Source: a virus
IMG/VR virus record: IMGVR_UViG_645058793_000001
Location: 1 to 64,000 of that record
Strand: one strand, 5' to 3'
DNA length: 64,000 nt
The position numbers and the translations under genes are program-made. Each line of letters opens with the position of its first letter. Within the stretch, counting starts at the first letter, position 1. Under the pieces are notes generated by a model. It did no database searches. It saw nothing but the letters and a program-made list of their open reading frames with translations, and was not told the DNA's origin. Positions 58,278-64,000 of this stretch are shown piece after piece.

Positions 58278-58526
58278 ATGATTAAATATAACGTACTACC
58301 ACCAAAGACACAAATTAAATTCATGCAGAAACTAGAAGACGCTTTACCACAAGGCGTTTATGAATTTGCTAGTTACCCTGCACGTGACGGTAAGATGTAT
58401 TTCGTATCGGGAAATGATATTACAATTACATGGTATGCACGCGCACCAAAGATGAAGTCGCTCAATGAATTGATGTTCAATAATCAATCAGAATTACTTA
58501 CGTATATTACAAAGGAGCTAGCATAA
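58278..58526 (+). CDS. hypothetical protein (82 aa)
   Basis: ORF. Confidence 0.4.
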   Translation: MIKYNVLPPKTQIKFMQKLEDALPQGVYEFASYPARDGKMYFVSGNDITITWYARAPKMKSLNELMFNNQSELLTYITKELA

Positions 58527-58711
58527 TGACTTATAACGAACTATGGAATTTAATAGATTTGACAGCGCTGATTGACGATGTGGACACAGACGACATCAAC
58601 CGTATGTTATCGGTGATTAACGCACACCCTGCCCTAACCACAGAGTTACGCAGTATGAATGCAGATGATTTAGAATCGGCACTACTAGAATTGATGGAGA
58701 GAATTGGATAG
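58526..58711 (+). CDS. hypothetical protein (61 aa)
   Basis: ORF. Confidence 0.35.
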   Translation: MTYNELWNLIDLTALIDDVDTDDINRMLSVINAHPALTTELRSMNADDLESALLELMERIG

Positions 58712-58758
58712 TATAAATTCCCTACTACACGTGGTATAATCGATTTTGAGGTAGCGGA

Positions 58759-59088
58759 ATGAATACGGAAAATCAATACACACCCGCACGGCAACGGGCA
58801 CAAAAGAAATATTATGACGAGAATAAATCGGTACGCGAACACGCAAATAATCTAGCTGGTGCAAAGTATTTCGTGAAGTGGTTGGCCAGCGAAAGTGACA
58901 TGATTGATTTGCAACATTACTTTACTGACCCGAATTATAAAGCGCCACACGAACACGGTAATACACGTCAGTTTACTAAGCAACGTAGCAAGGCACGCAA
59001 ATATGTCAGGTTTGAGGACGCGGATTGGCTAATGTTGTACGAGTTATACATGGAATATAAGGATCATCGGGACGAGTGGGCAGAATAA
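58759..59088 (+). CDS. hypothetical basic protein (109 aa)
   Basis: ORF. Confidence 0.4.
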   Translation: MNTENQYTPARQRAQKKYYDENKSVREHANNLAGAKYFVKWLASESDMIDLQHYFTDPNYKAPHEHGNTRQFTKQRSKARKYVRFEDADWLMLYELYMEYKDHRDEWAE

Positions 59089-59138
59089 ATCGCTCATAGA
59101 ATACGTTTATATGACGTCGAAAATGGAGAAATCACACA

Positions 59139-59291
59139 ATGAATGCAGAAGAAGAACAGAAATGGAAGAATCGTAAGAAGGTTGCGAAGTCAAAAGGGAA
59201 AAAATTTATTCGAGAATACGCAACTGAAGAAGAACTAGATTGGGCAGCAGAATTGATAAATAAAAAATGGAACGGTGAGGAGATTAAATAA
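59139..59291 (+). CDS. small Lys-rich protein (50 aa), below the ORF-track cutoff
   Basis: GGAG RBS; stop overlaps the next ATG (TAATG). Confidence 0.3.
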   Translation: MNAEEEQKWKNRKKVAKSKGKKFIREYATEEELDWAAELINKKWNGEEIK

Positions 59292-59479
59292 TGCCTTACA
59301 AAGACAATGAGAAACAAGTTAAGTACACCACTGCTTATAACTTGGTACACAAGCAACAAGCAAAACGTAATCAAGCTAAAGCATTATATAAAACATACGT
59401 CCGAGATTTCGCAGATGATATTGATTTAGAAGAATTGCGTGATATGATACGAGCAAGACGACAGGAACTAAAAGGTTGA
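59291..59479 (+). CDS. hypothetical protein (62 aa)
   Basis: ORF. Confidence 0.35.
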   Translation: MPYKDNEKQVKYTTAYNLVHKQQAKRNQAKALYKTYVRDFADDIDLEELRDMIRARRQELKG

Positions 59480-59502
59480 TAGTTATGAATAGCAATACTA
59501 AA

Positions 59503-59537
59503 AGACGCCCACCGATAATTCAGTGAGCGTTTTGTTA
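59503..59537 (+). terminator. probable rho-independent terminator of the rightward cluster
   Basis: ACGCCCAC ... GTGAGCGT imperfect hairpin followed by TTTGTT. Confidence 0.35.
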
Positions 59538-59670
59538 TATATAAATAAGTTCGGCTAGTATGTAGCTTTCACCAAGTCCACAACTTCTGACACATCAATT
59601 TCGTATGTCGTATTGAGTAAGTCAAATGTAGATTCCATCGCAACTGGCAAGCTTGGCATTGTGGTTAGTT

Positions 59671-59811
59671 TTAATAATGCAAAATCGATATGCCGTCTTG
59701 ATTCAACTCTTCTAGTTCATCAGCAATACGACTCAACTGTTCAATCTTTGCAAATTCTAATCGTTGATCAATCGTACTTACTCTATGGCTTAAATCTTTA
59801 ATATCTTCCAT
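59671..59811 (-). CDS. small ORF (46 aa), below cutoff
   Basis: Translationally coupled (TAATG) to the upstream small ORF. Confidence 0.3.
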   Translation of the reverse strand: MEDIKDLSHRVSTIDQRLEFAKIEQLSRIADELEELNQDGISILHY

Positions 59812-59939
59812 TACATAATCTTCCTTTCAGGATTGGCAGTTGGAATTGGCTCAACTAATCCGAAACCGCTTAGGATATTAATTAACTCTTCGGAATTGAT
59901 TGATTTTTCAAAATCAGATACCGAAATTACTCCGTCCAT
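59811..59939 (-). CDS. small ORF (42 aa), below cutoff
   Basis: Start 1 nt downstream of the NDT stop. Confidence 0.3.
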   Translation of the reverse strand: MDGVISVSDFEKSINSEELINILSGFGLVEPIPTANPERKIM

Positions 59940-60470
59940 TTATACAATCTTCCCCTTGTAATCACGAGTTTCAATGCTGCGGAAATCAAATGTTTGTAAT
60001 TCGTCCAGCGAATTGACATAACTATCTGGTCCAATAGCCGTCATTAAGTTGATTGGATTAGCATTCCAGTCACCAACATAGTACGTTACCGTAGGTTTAC
60101 CAGTAGCTTTTGCATATCCTAATTCGTATGCAGTTCCGCTATCCTCATTGCCTGCTTCGAGTACACCTAGTGTGAAGTCTGAGTTTCGGATAGCGGTTTC
60201 GTCTGCGTTATACGTATTCACACCCCACTTGAAGTCAGGGTTGAAGTCGCCGTTCTCATCGTACACATTACCTTCCGACTGATTCAAAAGTGGCAAATGT
60301 ACGTATGCAACTGTTGGATTATTTAATAATGCTCGATACCCAGTGACTAACGTTTTAATCTGCACATCTGAAAACCAACCGGCCCCAAAATATCCGGTCT
60401 TTGCACCCGGTAACTTGTCATTTGGTGCTTGCGATTGAATCTCTAGTAATTGTTTAATTAGTTCGTCCAT
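59940..60470 (-). CDS. nucleoside 2-deoxyribosyltransferase (NDT family)
   Basis: YFGAGWFSD and SGTAYELGYA motifs characteristic of Lactobacillus NDT. Confidence 0.75.
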   Translation of the reverse strand: MDELIKQLLEIQSQAPNDKLPGAKTGYFGAGWFSDVQIKTLVTGYRALLNNPTVAYVHLPLLNQSEGNVYDENGDFNPDFKWGVNTYNADETAIRNSDFTLGVLEAGNEDSGTAYELGYAKATGKPTVTYYVGDWNANPINLMTAIGPDSYVNSLDELQTFDFRSIETRDYKGKIV

Positions 60471-60646
60471 TTATTTTCCCTCCGATTGTAAATTCTTTAG
60501 CATATCTTGTAAGCCTAGATAATAACCAAATGAAAATTCAGTTGCAGCCGTTTCTGAATAGCTACCATAGTCATGCTTTCTGTTATATTCGTAGCTGGCT
60601 TTGGCTTTGCGTAATAGCTCGAACGTTTGTTGGTTAAATTTTAGTT

Positions 60647-60916
60647 TCAATACATCACCATTGGCCGTGTAAGACCGTCCTTAATTGTGCCAACACTAAT
60701 GTTTTCCGTACGACTATCTATTTCCACACGTTCACTATGGTCAATCACACTAGCAAACGCACGTTCCTTAATCATTCCTTCTGCTATCACAATTAAATCA
60801 TCATAGTAAGTTAGATCAGATACCATATCAATTGCCGTATTATATGTAGCACTTTTATTCATTGCCTCATCAGCTAATGCCGTCGCTAGTTTCTCTATTT
60901 CATTATCGTAATTCAT
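60647..60916 (-). CDS. hypothetical protein (89 aa)
   Basis: ORF. Confidence 0.35.
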   Translation of the reverse strand: MNYDNEIEKLATALADEAMNKSATYNTAIDMVSDLTYYDDLIVIAEGMIKERAFASVIDHSERVEIDSRTENISVGTIKDGLTRPMVMY

Positions 60917-61088
60917 TTAACGCGTCCTCCAATGCTTTACGGTATCCGACATCATAACCACCGTACCAGTCATTATCGGTCAGAGTTTGTGACCGATTAA
61001 CAGCCGTCTTCATTTTATTAAGCTTATATATGAATTGATTTTTCTGATCATGAAGCGCTTCTTCTGCTGGTAGATTATTTAAGTTCAT
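60903..61088 (-). CDS. hypothetical protein (61 aa)
   Basis: ORF. Confidence 0.3.
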   Translation of the reverse strand: MNLNNLPAEEALHDQKNQFIYKLNKMKTAVNRSQTLTDNDWYGGYDVGYRKALEDALNELR

Positions 61089-61294
61089 CTAATACGTGCC
61101 TCCAATGCTTGTTGATTGATTACATTTACAACCAATCTAAGCAATGCTTTTTCTGCATCAGTTCTATATCTAGCACTCTTGCTTTCGTAGACATACGTGA
61201 TTGCTTCACTATATGTTTCCGTATTGTTGATTGCACTTTCTGCTACTGCCATCGCTAACTTATCTAATTCTTTTGCTGCCTCTTGTAATTCCAT
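61085..61294 (-). CDS. hypothetical protein (69 aa)
   Basis: ORF. Confidence 0.3.
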   Translation of the reverse strand: MELQEAAKELDKLAMAVAESAINNTETYSEAITYVYESKSARYRTDAEKALLRLVVNVINQQALEARIR

Positions 61295-61427
61295 TGTTTT
61301 ACCTCACTGTTTTCTACATGCCGTTCAATTCGATTGGCTGCTTGCTTGTAATACTTCTGTGTATGTTTGCTGTCGGGTTCATCGTACTCATCTAGACGAG
61401 TGAACTTATTTAATGCTTGTAGTCGAT

Positions 61428-61649
61428 TCATTTACCCTTCCATTTCCACAACGGTGTGTCACCACGGTTACGACTTCTAAAATCAACAATTTCCCATGAC
61501 TCAAACTGCTTACGATAACCCTTGTTAGGTAGAATAAACTCCGCTCGTCTCACCCGACGATTAGCTATTTTCTTATATGTAATATGTTTTGTATGATTAC
61601 GAAACGACTTGTCTGGCCGCCACATGCTGTGTCTGTAACTTCTTGACAT
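61428..61649 (-). CDS. small basic protein (73 aa)
   Basis: Arg/Lys-rich, possibly nucleic-acid binding. Confidence 0.35.
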   Translation of the reverse strand: MSRSYRHSMWRPDKSFRNHTKHITYKKIANRRVRRAEFILPNKGYRKQFESWEIVDFRSRNRGDTPLWKWKGK

Positions 61650-61938
61650 AACCTTTAACCTCCAACATCAAACGAAAGTCATTGCTATTATTTAATTGAT
61701 TGACAATGCTATCTAGGAACCGTTTCATATTCGGCATCGGATTAACAGTAATGTCAGGTAACACATCTAGATCACTATCGTATACACCATAATCAGTAGT
61801 CGTAAAATGGTGTTCGAACAATGGTCTGCCGTATGTTACAAATGAACTATTCCAAACCATGAACATCACGTTGTGGACATCATGCAAGTCGCAATTGTCT
61901 TTCATATATTTAGCTATTGTTAGTTTATCCACAATCAT
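61597..61938 (-). CDS. hypothetical protein (113 aa)
   Basis: ORF. Confidence 0.4.
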   Translation of the reverse strand: MIVDKLTIAKYMKDNCDLHDVHNVMFMVWNSSFVTYGRPLFEHHFTTTDYGVYDSDLDVLPDITVNPMPNMKRFLDSIVNQLNNSNDFRLMLEVKGYVKKLQTQHVAARQVVS

Positions 61939-62785
61939 TCCTCCTACTAAAAAGGAACGCCTTTAAACGTTCCCTAATTATATGTATTGCACGACTACTA
62001 GCTAGTACCGCTGTTCCTCACCGTATCTTCGTGGCGAAACAACGCTAGTCGTACAAGTACACTGCAACTTTATCTAGAATGGGTGTTGCGAACCCACAGT
62101 TCATCTGTTCATCGTGTCTATTGTAAAGACGTAAGTAACTCAACCCTTCCGACCAGTTACCATTGGTTTTGTGCGTGTCACACAGGATATTATATGTATG
62201 CCGGCTTGAGAATATAGCCACAGCTCGAACGCCTTTAATTGCATTATGATTTCGCAACGTTTCCACGCTATCCCTAACGTATCGTTCATGTTCATATTAT
62301 TACTTCATAAGTATCTCGGCACGTTTCACTTAGGTAAGATGCAGCTAACATCTAACTTGCGCTACTAGTTACTGAACCGTTTCGTCTTGCGAACAGCCAC
62401 GGCACTCACTTCGTTATTGTAACGGTGAGTATTAGAACACATCACTCATGAAGGCAAAGCACTTTTGCTTGTAAGTATAATGTTTAATAGATTGTATTAT
62501 TTACCGGTCAATTCAACGATGTGGCCTTGCAGGAGTTCCGTTACCTTTTGAGTAACAGAATGCTCCACACCGCCTATTGTGTTTTGTTTGTAGGACGCAA
62601 CACTTGAAGTAGTGATCACTGGTTGTCAGTCAGCAATATAATTCATTCGTATCGCATGCGATTTACGGTCGCATACTGTTTAGTAGTCCTTTGGAATGAC
62701 CGTTGACATGGTGTCTCATCATTTGACATCAACCAAGCGTTCCTTAGGACTACATTACGTGCATAGATTGACCATTACTGGCACG

Positions 62786-62820
62786 ACTACGAATTCCGAG
62801 TAGTCTTTTTCGCTAACGTC
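62786..62820 (+). terminator. plus-strand rho-independent terminator inside the ORF-free region
   Basis: GACTAC-GAATTCCGA-GTAGTC hairpin followed by TTTTTCG. Confidence 0.45.
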
Positions 62821-62921
62821 ACCGCTAGTTATCAGGGCTATGCCCCCTATGAATACCCCGCTTTGCCAAACATCAACTAGGAGGATTTTAATTAAGTTTA
62901 TCGCCTGCACTTAATCTTTAA

Positions 62922-62964
62922 TATCCGTAACCGGAATCGAACCGATTATTACTACCATACGGAC
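62922..62964 (-). other. tRNA-like minihelix (acceptor stem + T-arm only)
   Basis: GTCCGTA/TACGGAT acceptor pairing and GGTTCGATTCC T-loop, but only 11 nt between them. Confidence 0.3.
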
Positions 62965-63013
62965 ACCACATTTAAATAGAAATATCAGAATAGCCACAAG
63001 AAAATGTAGCTAA

Positions 63014-63086
63014 CGAGAACTACTGGATTCGAACCAGTGACATCATGATTAACGATCATACGCTCTACCAACTGAGCTAAGTTCCC
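63014..63086 (-). tRNA. tRNA, Asn-like (anticodon GTT)
   Basis: Hand-folded canonical cloverleaf: acceptor GGGAACT/AGTTCTC, D-stem GCTC/GAGC, anticodon stem TATGA/TCATG with loop TCGTTAA, variable loop ATGTC, T-arm ACTGG-TTCGAAT-CCAGT; position 33 is C rather than U. Confidence 0.65.
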
Positions 63087-63158
63087 ATAAATGGTAGCAA
63101 GCCGGGAAACTATGCTACCTATAAGGATAATGTTTTGCTAATCCAAAGGATAAGCAAT

Positions 63159-63220
63159 GCAATAGCCGAAGATTCGAACTCCGCATAGTTACAATTAAGA
63201 ACTACGACCACCTACTATTG
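63159..63220 (-). other. non-canonical tRNA-like element lacking a D-arm
   Basis: Acceptor CAATAGT/GCTATTG; T-arm CGGAG-TTCGAAT-CTTCG; anticodon-like stem TAGTT/AACTA; only 30 nt between acceptor and T-stem. Confidence 0.3.
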
Positions 63221-63358
63221 TCAACGATAGTAAGGCACCCAGTGCTGACAATTAAATTGCTTTCTACCGTTTATTCACAACCAGTAATATGTGATACCTA
63301 GGGTTCTGTCCTACCATAATAATGTGTGAGACAGTCACGCATACTTTAGTTTGTGATA

Positions 63359-63429
63359 TGCCACGGTCGGGATTCGAACCCAACACTCACTATCGGATGA
63401 AATAGCAAGTTGACCTCATACTCCGTGGC
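63359..63429 (-). tRNA. tRNA-like element with non-canonical D/anticodon region
   Basis: Perfect 7-bp acceptor GCCACGG/CCGTGGC and T-arm TTGGG-TTCGAAT-CCCGA; possible anticodon loop containing CAT; D-arm not foldable by eye. Confidence 0.35.
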
Positions 63430-63906
63430 TGTTATGTCAGACTTCCGACTATCGGTGAGACATAACAATCACCGTAGGACACTAACGATATATGTGCCAA
63501 GTGTTACCGTTACCAAGTCTTGAAAGATATTAACCACCGCATCACCAGTCGGTTAATAGTTTCTCATTGATAATCCAATTAATGAACAGAATCTTATTAG
63601 GCGCGACCTAAATGGCTGTCAACTGTTCAAGAGGATCGTCCTAAATCGAACGGGAATCTTGGCTGTTCCTACCATGCAATTACCATTATTGCTACGATCC
63701 TGTTCGGAATGTGTGAGGCACGATCTCACAACTGATATATACCAGCAACGGTTTAGCGAACCGCCTGCTAACCAACTTCGCTTACATTCCATATATGCCA
63801 GGAGCTACCCTGGACTTTCGTAGACACACAATGCCTAGCTAGTTAAGCCTCCTCATCACGGACGTTCTCGGTGTGACCTATTCCGTACATTTACAGTGTC
63901 CTACTA

Positions 63907-63986
63907 CGTGAGCGGCAGGAATCGAACCTACGATGCATGAGAGGTTTTCAAGACCTCATGCAATCTTTCAAGTATATGGTACTCAC
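63907..63986 (-). other. tRNA-like element with elongated anticodon-type hairpin (loop CTTGAAA, TGA)
   Basis: T-arm GTAGG-TTCGATT-CCTGC; acceptor 6/7 bp; hairpin GCATGAGGT...ACCTCTCATGC of about 10 bp instead of a 5-bp anticodon stem; no recognisable D-arm. Confidence 0.3.
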
Positions 63987-64000
63987 ACATTATGCAAGTA

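Noticed and set aside
62045-62266. 73-aa minus-strand ORF in the terminal ORF-free region
   Set aside because: It has no convincing RBS and a Cys/His/Asn-rich odd composition, and sits inside a GC-richer block with a terminator; it is kept only as a remote possibility.
1-64000. Search for integrase, excisionase, protelomerase, or toxin-antitoxin and restriction-modification genes
   Set aside because: No ORF showed tyrosine-recombinase (R..HxxR..Y), serine-recombinase or protelomerase hallmarks, and no methyltransferase motifs (DPPY/FxGxG) were seen; absence within this window only.

Overview
The window reads as most of a siphovirus (temperate-type) genome, probably from a Lactobacillaceae host; the host assignment is an inference from AT-rich codon usage, a Lactobacillus-type nucleoside deoxyribosyltransferase, LysM and SH3b modules. 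Modules from left to right: (1) a leftward early operon (26-12180, minus) of many small ORFs plus thymidine kinase, an RNA-ligase-like nucleotidyltransferase and a Bro-N antirepressor; (2) a divergent genetic switch (12181-12404) with palindromic operators, between a Cro-like HTH (minus) and an XRE repressor + ImmA metalloprotease pair (plus); (3) a leftward replication/nucleotide module (14312-25013, minus) with PnuC, HNH endonuclease, deoxynucleoside kinase, SPFH/band-7 protein, ArpU regulator, VRR-NUC nuclease, P4/D5-type primase, DUF669, DEAH helicase, Sak4-like ATPase and Gp157-like protein; (4) a rightward HTH-ParA-ParG-like partition operon (25173-26522) followed by about 1 kb of ORF-free, terminator-bounded, GC-richer sequence, which is a candidate large ncRNA; (5) a leftward lysis and morphogenesis block (27560-54695, minus) holding endolysin, holin, a 2324-aa Tal/receptor-binding protein, Dit, a 2072-aa tape measure, G/GT chaperones, major tail, connectors, a GT8 glycosyltransferase beside a poly-Thr Ig-like head protein, major capsid, ClpP-like prohead protease, portal, a 558-bp repeat-rich gap, TerL and TerS; (6) an AT-rich non-coding region with three tandem sigma70-like promoters driving a rightward cluster of small proteins, several secreted and one with LysM (56017-59479); (7) leftward small genes including a nucleoside 2-deoxyribosyltransferase; (8) an ORF-free region at 61960-64000 with one canonical tRNA (Asn-like), several non-canonical tRNA-like elements and a plus-strand terminator. 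No integrase was found. Together with ParA/ParG this suggests a phage-plasmid lifestyle. Recurrent intergenic repeat families (ACGTWW hexamer arrays; AATGA-N-TCATT palindromes; CAATTAGTCTA repeats) are not explained by the gene annotation.
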